Assembly: GCA_038496445.1 (NCBI GenBank)
Contig: JALMLS010000619.1
Location: forward strand, 924 to 64,923
Origin: Trichosphaerium sp. ATCC 40318
Taxonomy: Eukaryota; Protista; Tubulinea
DNA length: 64,000 bases
Direction: 5' to 3'
Position numbers and translations under genes: made by a program. The notes under the pieces were generated by a model. It saw only the letters and a program-made list of their open reading frames with translations, had not been told where the DNA came from and did not search any database. Shown here one piece after another: positions 23,264 through 36,649 of the stretch. The first letter of the stretch is position 1; each line of letters begins with the position of its first letter.

Positions 23264-25322
23264 ATGTATCTGTTGATTGTTGTTTTAGTACTGGTGTTTG
23301 CTATAATTGGGAGGGTAAAACGCCAGTTATGTTTTGCAAGTTAACCAAAACCTCTTTAGATATTTATTTGGCCTTTTATCGAGTACAAAGGAGCCATTAA
23401 GGTGCATTTTAGGCGCTTGTGAGCTTGTTTACCATATTTAGCTCCCTGGACCACCTAGGCACATATTATTCGGTTCATTGTATAACATACCAATAGAGAA
23501 AGTAATGCAGGTATGTAGTTGATGGATTTATAAGACGGGTCAACTTTTAACCGCATTCACATTTTGCCGTTCTGACATTGGACTTACTGTTAACACAGAA
23601 ACAAGTCGAATGGAGTATCAAGTATGATCATGTTTTCAACCAGTGGATGGGACCTAGTGTGGTAATGGGCACGTCACGTGACATTTATACAACCCATTTC
23701 TAACCTCTTGTGAACAGCATGTGTAAGCGATCCAAAGTACATCAAGCCGCTAATGAGATCATCTGTGAACATTGAAAAAGGACTTGCGTACTTTATTATT
23801 CGTCCATGGCTACGAGATGGTCTTCTTCTCAGGTCAGACTGAACGTCACACAACTTCTCCTGACACTTCTCGTAGCTCAGGATCGAAATGGAAGACACGC
23901 AGGCGGTTGCTTACTCCAGGCTTCCACTACAATATCTTGAAGGTAGTAGGAAAATGCACAACACGTTTTTTAACTGGTATTGAAAGGGGTATGTTCGGCT
24001 AGCTGGCCAGAAAGCGAAGGAGTTCGTAGATATTGTGTACGCTTTTTTGACATAGCCATTTATCTAAAGCAATGATGATAGGGCCAATAAACATCTCGGA
24101 CAATTCATGGAGGTACAAAAAGAAATGACGCATCTCAGCTTGGATATTGTTGGTACATAAACATAAAAACTAGTGTTGTACTTCTGGCTTATTGTATTCT
24201 AGGTCTTTGTGCGTTTAATTCAGATTTTAACGCTACAAGTGGACAATCTGGTACGTACGAAGACAGTGCATGTGTTCTAAAATGGTACAGAGTATGTCAA
24301 TGCTGTAGAGGAGATCTCGTCAATGGCAGAGCACTGGATACGAAATCTTGCCTTTCTCCAAAATCATAGTCTATTTAAGCTTACGTCCACTGGATCACGT
24401 TACTTTAAAGCGATGAACATGATGCATGAACACACAGCAAATATTATAAGAAATCGTATGAGTGAGCTAAAGGAAGGAACTGTTTCCAAAAAGAAGAAGC
24501 TTGACTTTCTAGATATTCTCCTGGAGTGCCGTAATGAAGATGGCAAGCCTCTCGACTTCCTATCCATCCATGAAGAAGTTGATACATTCTTATTCGAAGG
24601 TACTACCTAAAACGAATCAGAGTAGGGTTGTTCTTTGTTTAACACTTCCGTTCTAGGTCATGATACAACTGGTCACTCTCTTAGTTGGGCGTTGTATTGC
24701 TTAGCTACAAATCCAGAAGCACAACGCAAAGCTCAAGAAGAAGTAGACAAAGTCCTAGGGGATAAGGAATTTCCAGAATACGGAGACCTAGCATTGTTCA
24801 AGTACTTGACTCTCTGTATAAAAGAAACAATGAGGTTGTACCCAGCAGGTAATATTTCTTCCTTACTCTTGAACTCCCAGCTCTCTGACATGCGTAAATA
24901 GTTCCCTTTGTCATACGTAACCTCACCGAACCTTTGATTCTGAAAAATACAGTATTGTCAGCAGGCTCGATGGTTCAAGTGTCACCTTTTCTGTTGCATA
25001 GGAACCCTACTATATGGCCAGAACCAGAAAAATTTATCCCGGAAAGATTTTTAGAGTCGCCTAAACCATTCACATATATTCCTTTCAGCGCTGGTACGGA
25101 AGCTTTTAAACATACATGTGTACCTTGTTTCTGAAGCATATAATAGGACCTCGAAACTGTATTGGACAGAACTTCGCTATGCATGAAATGATAGTTGTTC
25201 TTGCAATGATACTTCGTGCTTATAACATTGAGTTGGATGCGGACCACACAATAATACCTGTCTTCAAAATTATTCTAAAGTCCCTCCATGGTGTCAAAGT
25301 AAAATTCAATAAGCGTGCTTGA
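23264..25322 (+). CDS. Cytochrome P450, CYP4-clan-like
   Basis: N-terminal anchor, LPGPP, PWLRDGLL..SGSKWKTRRRLLTPGFHYNILK, DFLDILL, EEVDTFLFEGHDTT, KETMRLYP (ExxR), PERF, FSAGPRNCIG haem motif. Confidence 0.95.
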
Positions 25323-25614
25323 TGTATGCATCTTCTTTGTAATAAATCACGTGATAACAAACAGTTTTTATTTGGCATTTCGCATGGCAGTTTTGTGATA
25401 CTAAAAGGTTATGACTGTTGGATGCTTTATGCCTTTACTCTGATGGCTAGGTAACAAAGCTTTCAGTGTGAATTCCAAGTTCTCTTATTCAGTAGCAATT
25501 GGTTATGGTCAACTCGCAATAAAAAGAGTGTAAAGTCAAACTTAAGGATGAGTTGACTCAATCACAAAACATTTTTTCTGTTTTAATTGTAAGTGGTTTC
25601 AAACGGCTAAAACG

Positions 25615-26911
25615 ATGTCGCAGGCAATAAATTACCTTGAGAATATTCCACCAGTACCTATCATAGATCATTAAATTGCAAATTAACAATAAAACAGGAA
25701 CTCTTCTTTTTTCTTCAAGATGAAATGCCTATATCGGTTATGGGGCGTATAGCATGTACCTCAAAGCTTTTAAACTCTGTAAGTTTGTGTTTAATCTAAA
25801 ACTGTTAACAACATCCAAAGGCGTTCGATAATGCGTCAATGTGGAGAAATAAAGCTAAATCAGTATTTCCTGGATCAATACACAGTTTACAAGTTTCAAA
25901 TAACGCTTGGCGGGAAGCTTATGCGCTATTAGGTACCCTCACTCATTAGCAATGCCAATGAGATGTTTATATTGATCATTTAGAGGGTAACTCTGCGAAA
26001 AACACAATACCTTGGGAAACAGACGATAAAAGCAGATTCAAACTAAAAATAGAACCGAAACAAAATGAAATTTCCGTTAAACAACTTTCAGATCCAACTA
26101 CTTCCAGACCTGCTTGTGTATGTCTTTTTTTGTCACCTATTGCCTAAATTAAGTATATTTTTAGACTGTAAAGCTTCCAAAGTGGACTTTTGCATCAGCA
26201 GAGGAAGGTCCACGTGTCATGTTATGTTACTACGAAATTACAATCGTTAAAAAAAATCCTTTTGACAGGTATGGAAAAAAACCAAACATACATCGATTCT
26301 AATTAAGATATAAGCTCTTTTGCTGTAGGTATAGGACCAAAAGATTTTACAAATACTTACCAGTGTGTTGGATGGCTTGATTCGTCATTTGCACTTCATA
26401 CAGACGACTTTGGCACGTGCTAAACAAATTTGTTTATTGTCCTTGGTTTTAGTAACATTAGTTTAAAGGGCAGTACTTTTCTCTCTATGCAGGACCTAAA
26501 CACCATTTTGAAGCAAACAACCATGAAATTGCAGTTGGTGATACCGTTGGATGTGGTATATGCTGGAACGGAGTTGTAATATGGACTCTCAATGGAAAAC
26601 TGTTGGAGATTGGAGCAGTTTCATTGAATAATGACAAAGAATATATTGAGTCGTATGACTTAGATTATAGAGAAATCATCTTGTTCTAATCTACTACTAG
26701 ATATCATGGCGCTATTACAAGCTTATCCAACGGTGATGACTACGTCATCAACACTGGGCGCAAGCCGTTTAAATTTGACACTACATCATTTTTAACGAAA
26801 TATGAAAATACTATTAAAGGCCTAGTACTTAATGCATGTGACGGTGGATCTTTGTTTGTTTCAAATAACATGCGCCCAAAAAGATATGACAGTCAAATAC
26901 CCAAAGATTAA
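25615..26911 (+). CDS. F-box + SPRY domain protein
   Basis: F-box pattern LENIPPELFFFLQDEMPISVMGRIACTSKLLNSAFDNASMWR. SPRY pattern VGWLDSSFALHTDDFG, VGDTVGCGI, VIWTLNGKLL, VINTGRKPFKFD. Confidence 0.8.
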
Positions 26912-27369
26912 TAAATAAAGTAAATCAAAGCCAAGCGAGAAAACAAAATATAATTATCTATGGTAAACAAATATTAATAAAAGTTACGATAATGCTGCTC
27001 CTCTTTAAATAGCACTTACAACTTCTCCAAACCCACATATTTAAGGCACTTTCGTTGCACCTTTTTCTATCACTCATATCCAATGGCACCAGGCGATGTA
27101 CTTTGGTTTTTATTTTTTCACATTAGGATCTTACTTTCCAACTTCTTACTTGAGTATGTATCAGTCGCTTTCGTCAGAGATCTAACCCGCATAGCTAATA
27201 ACAATAGAAAAATTTTAGGAACCTCAGCGTTACCATCTAATCCTTCTGTTAGAGCTGCAAGCTTGATACTTAGACGTAGATTTTGATATCTATTATGCCT
27301 TTATGTAAATTTCGATCATTCAGATAAGGTGAGAAAAAAATACCAAAAGCAGAAAGGATGAAGGAGACA

Positions 27370-27650
27370 AAAAAGAGTCCTAAAATCCTGTGGATAAATG
27401 GAGAAAGCTCGAAAGAAGGTATTTATTGACTTCACTAATACGTTGGATTCCTTCAGGTTTAGCAACTTTTGACAATCACTACTGGAGTTTTTATCGATTT
27501 CATTCTTTCCGGAATAGAGTTTTTTGATTTGCGAAGTCTGTCGTTCTTAACCTTTTGTTTGTAGGCATGGAAAACTGCCATGTCAAAATGAAAGATATCA
27601 TGGATGGTATGAACAGGTACGATAAAAACAGCATACTCCAGTCCATACAC
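27370..27650 (-). pseudogene. Degenerate DDE (pogo/Tc5-like, DDE_1) transposase relic
   Basis: VFIVPVHTIHDIFHFDMAVFHAYKQKV fits the DDE_1 pattern hhhPxxTTxxLQPhDxxhFxxhK. After a frameshift, SINTFFRAFSIYPQD fits the NIxxxFxxxGIxP motif. Confidence 0.4.
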
Positions 27651-27902
27651 TCTAACCTACGCACTAGCTATAGGTTTGAAACTGGTTTGAACCAAAGTTG
27701 AACGAAGGCACAACCAGATTTTTGTTTTTCAGTTGATCACGTGATATTAATGCCTAAGTTTTACTTGCAAGTAAAGGAAGTCATACAATTATTCATGTAA
27801 ATGCAGACTACCATATGTAACTAAAACTCCCTATGATGCAATACCAGCCTTTTTCTTTTTTTTTATTTCGCCATTTTTTTTTTACATATTTGTTGGTTTT
27901 TT

Positions 27903-30669
27903 TTACTCTTTTGTTTTACTAAACAACTGAGAAGCCTTTGATTTATTATAATCTACCTTAAAACCTCTTTGTTGATGTTTTTGAGTTTGTTGTTCACCAC
28001 CGTTACTATTATTTTGTCTTCCAGATGATGGTGACGTATTATATTTAGTAGCATTTGTTTGGTTGTTGCTACTAACATTCTTACCATAAAACCATTGTTT
28101 AATAAAATCATCCATTTTTTGTTGAGACCAATTAAGCTCTTCAATTTTATAATAAATACCCAATTTATCCCCAACGAGCTGATGTAAGTGTCCTACAGTA
28201 ACCACTGAGTTTAGTGTAGTTTCTACATGTACATTAAAGCCCATCAGAGCTCCAACTTTGTCACCAGTAGCATCTAAAAGAATCGATTAAATCAAAACAA
28301 AACAGAAAAGAAACTCAGATGCCTACCTTTTGGTATGACAAACGCTCTCATGAACGAGTCACTATTCCTAGATACGCTTATAGCCTGGTGTATGACATGG
28401 ACGTTTCCTTCAGGAAACCTAGGAGTTGTGTAAGCTGATAAGAACCGATTGGGAAAAAAAGAGATTTTGTGCATGCCTTTCTGTAACATAGCCAAGTAAT
28501 TTAGATAATAAGACTGTAGTTGCATTAAATATTGTATCAGCTTGTTCCTTATTATCATATAGATGCTTTTCCATTGCAGCGATTGGTAAAAACTCAAAGC
28601 CAAACATTTCTTTTGTATTATGATATGCTACAAATACACCTGCCATCTTTCCTAAAATAAAACATGCTTAGAGCACTGAACACAAAGCAAACGAAGAAAA
28701 AAATAATATCAAAAAAACACACGATTATATGATCATACATAAGTAAATGAACAAAGTGATTTTAAAGAAACTCCACAAAAGCAACGAGTTTGGTCCAAAC
28801 CAAAAAAAAAAAAAAAGGAAAAAAAAAGGAGAAAAACGTTTTGTCGACTAAAACGTACCTATCCGAACTTGCAAGGAGTGCTTCAAGAAAGCAGCTCTAA
28901 TCATATCATAGAATTCACGTTCAAAACTATCACCGTACCCACTAAAAATAGTAAGTAAAAGAACCAAAACGAAACGAAAGTAATATTAACCGCACGTGAC
29001 ATGCTCCAATTTAGATACGTGATAGTCAGGTGGTTCCAAAAGATCCAATCGAATATCTGAAGTGGCACGTGTCTTTAAATCAAATGTACCACCTACACCA
29101 TCTCCATAACAATCTAGCTGAGCTCTCATCAAGAAATCAGCACGCTGTAACAAAACAGTTAAGATATATTCGTATAGTACATTTTTAGACATTACCTTTG
29201 TGTAGTGAAATACGTCCTCAATAGTATCATCAGGGCTAGCTGTTGTTGGCTTAACAAATTGAGATACAAATACATCAGCTGGATTTGTAAGCATGTGTTC
29301 CATTGATTTGCCCAAGAACATAAGAAGTTGAACTTTTTTTTCTCTTGTTTCTCTTTTCTGTACTATCTCCTCAGCTGTCATATTAGACACGTTGGAATTG
29401 AATTCTAATTGACACTTATATGCATCTAGACTGTATACACCATTTTGATTTGTTAACGAGATTCCAGTAGGTGCAGAAGCAGCTCTTGTAGGATGTCGAG
29501 GCTGAAAATAAAAAAATTAAACAACTTTTTTTTTGTTTTCCATTTTACTGTACCCTACGTGCGAAATCTTGACTTAAATTATGTGTACGCGCAGGCTTAT
29601 GGTTAGTTATAAGCCAAGTCAACTGAGATAATGTACTAGTAAGAGATGACGTAGAACCCTAAATAAAGTTAAAAAATAAGAAATTTTTAGGAGTCTATTT
29701 TGACGCGTACAGTGTATCGAGCACCATGTTCAACAGCAAGAGATTGAAGAACTGTGTCTTTAGATGCCGTAATATAAGGTGGTATCTTGGCGGTATCTAT
29801 TTCATCTGGATGATGAATCTAACGGACAAAAAAAATTAAAAAGTGTCAAATCTCATAAAAGTGAAAAAAATATAAAACTTTTGGGCGATGGTGCATTTCA
29901 TACGTATGATAATGACTGATCAAAGTTAAACTTTTCTTTTTCCTTCAATAAATGTAATCCAGGCTCATTCAAAACCTTGTCTAACCTAAAGGTAACAATG
30001 TGTCAGTACAAGACATGTCAACAAATAATAATTGAATGTGAGCGTTCTGGTACTTTTAAAATAAGCTAAGAATACGCACCCATGGTCGAGTTTTGGGATA
30101 AGGCTCAAGTCAGGGAATGATACAGTCTCCTAAAAGAAGTTATTGGTTTTTGTACAAATAATTGTAATACGCATCTAAGGCACTCTCGACGCCTACGCTC
30201 GCGCGAAAGAAGTGAAACAATTATACAGCAGTGCGTTTTAAGTGTAAATTATCAAACTTACGTGTTCAACTGTTGTATCTAGCTTGGTATAACCCAAGCC
30301 TTCTAGATCGTCTTCTTTGAGTTTCTTGGATGAATTAGCGTTTTTTCTCAGTTGACATTTTCTCAGTAGTACCTTGAATTGCTGCGAAAACACATCTACG
30401 TTTGCGCCGCACCAACCTCTGTAATTAATACCGAGTTTGGCAGGTTCTTCCTTGCCGCGCTCTAAATTCACCAGTATTAGGCTACAAACCATATTTAATA
30501 CGCATCACGGACCTTCTGGATCCCAAAAAGCTCTGCGATTATTTTCTTGAAGCTGTTTTCCTACTTTGCCAACGTAATTCGATACTACTTCGTTAGCAGA
30601 GGCCCTCTGGGTGGAAGGTAATGGAAATTGTTTCTCTCTTCGAACACGACAGAAGCCAGTTAACCGCAT
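27903..30669 (-). CDS. PET127: Mitochondrial RNA 5'-processing nuclease Pet127 (start uncertain, may extend to ~31000)
   Basis: IPKLDHGLDKVLNEPG, PYITASKD, GSTSSLTSTLSQ, LGKSMEHMLT, FLMRAQLDC, TFDLKTRA..DIR.D, SFEREFYDMIRAAFLKHSLQVRIGKMAGVFVAYHNTKEMFGFEFL. Confidence 0.9.
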
Positions 30670-31211
30670 ACAATAATATACGTGGTGTGTTCACCTGGGG
30701 AGAAATATTGAGCTCGTACATCAAATGCAACAGAGTAAACTTAACTATGTTCAAAATTTTTGGTTTCAGTGTAGCAATGTAATGAGTGGCATTAGTCACA
30801 AGATTCGCACTGAGATTGTGTAACAGCTAAAATAGATGAAGCGAGGCTTCTTGAGTGATACAAACGTAATTGTAGTTTGTATGAGCTACACGCACGAAGA
30901 TTAATTACTGGATCATAATACCGCCGGTGTTGGCTACACAGCGCCTAAAAAAAAAACAAGTCCAGCGAGAGCGCTTTCAATTATACTATACGCCACCCAC
31001 TCATTGATCGCGTAATTAGTTTGTTACTTCGTTGATTGTTAGTTGTCACTTTCGCGTTGCGAGGACACTGAGTAGCAAACGTGATTTGTTGAACGTTGAA
31101 CGCACTCTATCGTGGAGGTTCGTGGGTAGAATCAATTTTTTTGCTTCACAAAAGTCGTAAAGGCATTTCTTTTGTGTTCACAGTACCAAAAAGCAATAAT
31201 TAATACGCAAT

Positions 31212-34200
31212 ATGTCAAAGCGTAAGATAGGAAGCTTTAAAGGATCCCGCAGAAAGAAAAAGGGTCTATTTCGTCTAGTAAGAGAAGGCACAGTTGAAGA
31301 CGTGGATGCGGCGCTTAGAAAAAAAGGAGCAAGTGAAGAGATTGATTTTAGAGGCCAGGTATGAATTTAGTAGTTCCAGCACGTGACATCAAAGAGTTTT
31401 GAAAAAATTATTTTCCTTGATGCTTTTATTGAATAATTTAATCTCGCTCAGTGTGGATGCTTAGTAACGGCATCACTTCGCGTTTGGTTTTTTAAATAGG
31501 ACAATCTGAAAAAATTTTGTACCGTTTTGATCTAACAGGTTAATATAGAACGCCCTTCATGTGGCAGCAGCTAGGGGTGAACCTGGTATCGTTAGCGCTC
31601 TATTAAAAGGAGGCGTAAACTTTAATCTTGCCGATTCTGAGGTACGCCGCCATAAACCGCTTCAACATCACGTGACGAATCAGCTATTTTTGTTTACGGG
31701 TTTTGCCGAACTTTGAGCGGCGTAATGTATCTGTGTATGCTTAAACGCGCTGTAGAATTGGTATCCTATACATAGAGCAGCTGAAAAGAACCATCTTGAT
31801 GTCGTCATCATCCTACTCTCGCAAGAAGGCATTAAAGGCACTAAAGTAGTTTTTTGTACCAATGAGACTTACAGTAAGTGTAGTGCGTCATCCAAACGGT
31901 GATGGTCATACATTAATGCATTTGATTGCAATGAATTGTGCAAACGCTGCTAAAGACTTTATAAAGGCTATTATTGACGTACGATTTAAAAAACAAGTTT
32001 GTTTTGAAATTTACTGTTCATTATAAAAGTTCTAACTTGTGTTGAATAGAAAGGTGGCGAAATAAACGCTACTGGACCGGGTGGAAACACACCACTTCAT
32101 TTCGGTACTACTCTAAGTTTAAATTTATAACTTCCTTTTGGTAAAAAGAGCGCAAGCACGTGATTTTATTACGACTTCCTATGTTTAATGCTATTTTTTA
32201 CTTTTTTTGTTAATTTGTTTAGCAACTGTTTCTGGTCATGTCAAAACAGCTGAATCCCTTATAAGGTGTGGATCTCAGGCACGTTCTTTTATTCTAGAAT
32301 ATCTAATTAGCTTACGTGCTACTAGTGCGAAATTATGAACGATAAAGGAGAAAAACCACTTACACTAGCGACATTATCGGGAAATGCGAAATTAATAAGG
32401 TACACAATTTACATTATTGAGCAATAATTTACGTACTCTTAGCACTCTACTACGCTCTCATGGTGCCAGTAAAACACATAAACGGTCAGTATCTTCTCCT
32501 GGACCACATATAAGTAACAAAATATCGTAAGCACCTTTTTTAGTTTGAACAGTATCTTACTTTGTGTTTTTCAGCTCCAAAAAAGGACGTAAAAAATCGC
32601 GTCAGACTGCTACTTCAGTATCTGATTCGCATCCAGAACCTGATAAAAGCGTAAAGGTAAAATAATAAAAGGTATAACGGATACTAACGCGAATACAATA
32701 GTACGAGTTGACATTTTATGGCAAAGATTTTTATTTGTGCTTAAAAGATGACAATTGGGATCGTGCTTTGTAAGCGCTTTATATTTTCCTTGATAACACT
32801 TACTAATTATACGCAGGTTTGAAGGAGGAGTAGAGATAATGCGCGAGAAGGGTCACAAAGTACCAAACGACCCAGCGACACACGATGACGCACAACAAAA
32901 AGAAAAGGTGCTTTTCTTACCATTAAAATATCCATCATAGCTGTCGCTTACCTTTTTGTCTCTTAAAGATGCCAATGTCTAAATTATTCGCATTGTATCT
33001 ATCAGTATCTGGAAAAGCCAAAGAAGACCCACAGATTTTAAAATGGATCGAAAAGTTTCTTGCTGGGCCTAAACAAGCGTATTTTAATCACCTCATAAAG
33101 ACCTGGGATCATCGTATTCGTGTAAGTTTATGCACGTGGTTTTTTTTGGAGATAAACTCACGTGATATTTTCAGGAACGTCCAAACGAAGACGGTATAAT
33201 AGATGACGGCGCTGGACTTGGAAACGGTGATAGCAATGATCCAACATCACCCAACTTTTATCCATCTTCTGCTCCAGAAAATAATCATAGAAGTCATAGA
33301 AGCAGGCCAAATTCGGATAGTAGTAGTCGTAGAGCTGCTAGGAGATCTAGAAGCGAAAGAGAAGCACGTCATAGCATAGACTATGGGTCTACAAAGAGAT
33401 ACAAGGAGTTTAAAAGCGGAAAGGATAAAGAAAGGTACACGTTCTTTGCTTTGGTGATAGCCTCCTAATATTCTTCAGCAGAGGTCAAAGAGTATCTAGA
33501 GATTCAAAGAGAAGATCTCAGAAATTAACACCAGAAGCGTAAGCCTCATAAATCCAACTTGATTCAGAAAAAAAACCGAAAAAATCGATAACTTTTATGT
33601 TTGTTCTCATGATACTTCTTCTAATTATCCAGCAGTCAATCACTCAAAAGAAAAAAATCACGCAAAGAGCGTACAAAATCAAGTGAGCGTGGGGACAGAT
33701 CAAGTGGTGGAGAAAGAGGTGGTAAAAGCGATAAAGTCGATCGCGTAGATAAGTCAAGTGGAGGTGGTGAGCGCAAGTCACACAATATTTGGGATGATTT
33801 CACTAGTGACAAGGATCAACGCATGTTAGACATTCTGGCTGGAGACGTTGAGCCGAAAATAAACGGTACGTCTCACGAGTTTGGACGAAAAATCAAAGCT
33901 TTTTGTCTTATTTCAATGAAACTAACTTGTTGAAAAGAGAAATTGAAAGAAGGGTTGCCGAAGAAGAAAACAAAACCTTCATACCAAACAAAACATCGTG
34001 CTCGAAATCTTATTGCTAGACGCAATATCGAGGGTACTTTCAAATGGGAAATAAGCCCACAGGACATTCAAGTTAAGGAAAAAATTGACTCAGGTAAAGT
34101 TGACTTTTTCGCTTAAGTCAGAATTGTGTTGACTGTTTTAAGGGTCATTTGGTGTTGTTTATAAAGGTACATGGATGGCTATCGAAGTAGCTGTAAAAAC

Positions 34201-35285
34201 AGTTACAGCCATGTCAATGACAGATCAGGATTTTGTTGATTTTCTTGCTGAGATAGACGTCATGTGGTACAGTTGTTATCTACTTTTTCCTCGCTAATCT
34301 GTCGTATTTTTAGTCATCTACGACACCCTAATGTTCTAATGTTCCTTGGAGCGTGCTTGCAAGCTCCTAATTTATTCTTTATAACACCTTATATGGGGAA
34401 TGGTTCTTTGCATAAATTTCTACGTGATAATCCGGACTTGGATTGGTAAATACCATTTTTTTTTAATTTTTTTTCTTTCTTCTTCTAATATTTTATGTAC
34501 TAGGTCGATTCGATTATCCTTGAGTATTGAAGCATCTAGAGGTATACTTTATCTCCATCATCAGAATCCACCTATCCTACATCGCGATTTGAAGGCAAGT
34601 ATTTTACAAAACAAAATTCAAACTAAAACATATCATTGGTATTTGTTATTGAATTTCTTCAACATACAACCGACTTACAATACTTGTAGAGCCTAAATCT
34701 ACTCGTTGATAAAGATTACAGAGTTCTTGTAGCTGATTTTGGTACGTTTAAAAGCCAGTACACATCACAAAAGCCGCGTACTAAATCAACAAAAGGTATA
34801 TCAAAAGAAAAAAGCAACTCTATAAATACGCGCATGGGCACCTTGAATTGGTTAGTAGTTATTAAAAAGAAGTTGGGCAGCTATCTAACATTAGCTCAGG
34901 TTAGCACCAGAAGTCATCTCCGACCCAAACCCAAAATACACAGAAGCAGCTGATATTTACTCACTTGGGATTGTGTTTTGGTACGTAAAGTTTTTTGTCA
35001 GATTCTTGATGTTTGTGACTTACTCGTTGTCTTTAACATAGGGAAATCGCAAGTGGAAAGTCCCCATACCGTGGAAAATCACCCCTCGAGGTTATACGCG
35101 CTATAGATCTACAGAAACGTCCAAGTATACCAGAAGATGTTGATAAGGGTTTCAAGTCATTAATAGAAGATTGCTGGGATCAAGATGCTGATAGGCGCCC
35201 TAATATGGATCAAGTCATGGAAAGGCTTCTTAAAGTTAAGGAAAATGTAAAGGACGACGAGGATGTAAATAACAAGACTGCGTGA
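31212..35285 (+). CDS. Ankyrin-repeat tyrosine-kinase-like (TKL, Raf/MAP3K-like) protein kinase
   Basis: Ankyrin repeats (NALHVAAARG, YPIHRAAEKNH, GNTPLHFATVSGH), R/S-rich linker, kinase motifs GSFGVVYKG, VAVK, LRHPNVLMFLGAC, HRDLKSLNLLVD, ADFG, GTLNWLAPE, DIYSLG, CWDQDADRRP. Confidence 0.93.
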
Positions 35286-35601
35286 TGATAAAAACATTTT
35301 ATCTTCTCAAAGAACCATTTGACTCGTTTTCTTCTTTGTACACGTGAGAACAATTTTTTTCAAACGTAACGTTGCTTGCTCAATGCATTATTTCGGCGCG
35401 CCATGAAATAGGATGGAAAAAAAAAAGGGAAAATTTGCCGTGTAGTACAAATGCAGAATCTACGTCGCTGGTTCAGTGAAAATATGAGCTTCAAAAAAAA
35501 GTTGTGTGAAAATACGTAGTCGTTTAGCTTAAAACCATACGAAATCATAATTACAAATACTGTAACACATCAACAACACATCAGGATTAAAATAACATAC
35601 C

Positions 35602-36261
35602 ATGGGATCCATTATAACATCATTTAAGAAACTCGGCAAAAAAGACGTAAGATTGCTTATGCTGGGCTTAGATGCTGCTGGAAAGACGGTAAACTATCTA
35701 TCTACGCCTATGAAACTAATAAATAATCTAGACAGTGCTTTACAGACTCAATTTGGGCGAAACCGTTAGATCTATTCCAACAATCGGGTTCAACGTCGAA
35801 GAAGTCAGATACAAGAAGCTACAGATGCAAATATGGGATATCGGTACGTATCAGTTTACCTACTTGAACGAACAGTGAGCGATCACGTGATTTTTTGTTG
35901 ACAACGAGAAACTTATTTTCTTTTAGGCGGTCAAGATAAAATTCGACCTCTTTGGAGACATTACTACAATAAGGTTGACGCCTTGATTTATGTTGTTGAT
36001 AGCTCAGACACCGACAGATTTGACGAAGCACATCTCGAACTTAAGAAAGTTTTAAGTGTTGCACAATTGCGTGGAGCACCTGTTTTAGTTTTTGCAAATA
36101 AGCAAGATTTACCAAAAGCAAGTCCTATAATGGAAATGGGACACTCTCTTGGTCTTCATGATTTAAAAGATAGAAAATGGCATATGCAAGCATCAGTTGC
36201 AACAACTGGTGAAGGATTATACGAAGGTTTAGATTGGCTTTCAAATGCACTCAAAAAATAA
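35602..36261 (+). CDS. ADP-ribosylation factor (Arf) family small GTPase
   Basis: N-terminal MG (myristoylatable Gly2), [53 protein letters not shown]; two introns. Confidence 0.96.
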
Positions 36262-36649
36262 GCCAGGAAAAAACAAGTAAAAACCTAATGTACAATAAAC
36301 TGTAAGATACTTCTACATGTTTGCTTGGTTCCTTTATCGCGAAATCACAAGTATATCATAATCAATTGGAGGTAGAAAATGTTACACTGGTGTCTCACAG
36401 AACCAACAAAGTAGATTTTTAAAGTAAAATACAAGTAGAAAAAACAATTAATATCTTAGGACATTGACTTATAAAGCTAAGTTGCGCTGAAAACGCACGT
36501 GATTTCTAAAGCGCAAATAGTCGGATTTGCCAAATCGGTAGCATAATAACTCTTCTATTCATTTGCCCATCCTTTCTAGTCAAATACATTTACCTGTCCG
36601 TGCACGGACAGTCAAATAAGTTCAGTAAACTCAACAACTAAAAACCACC

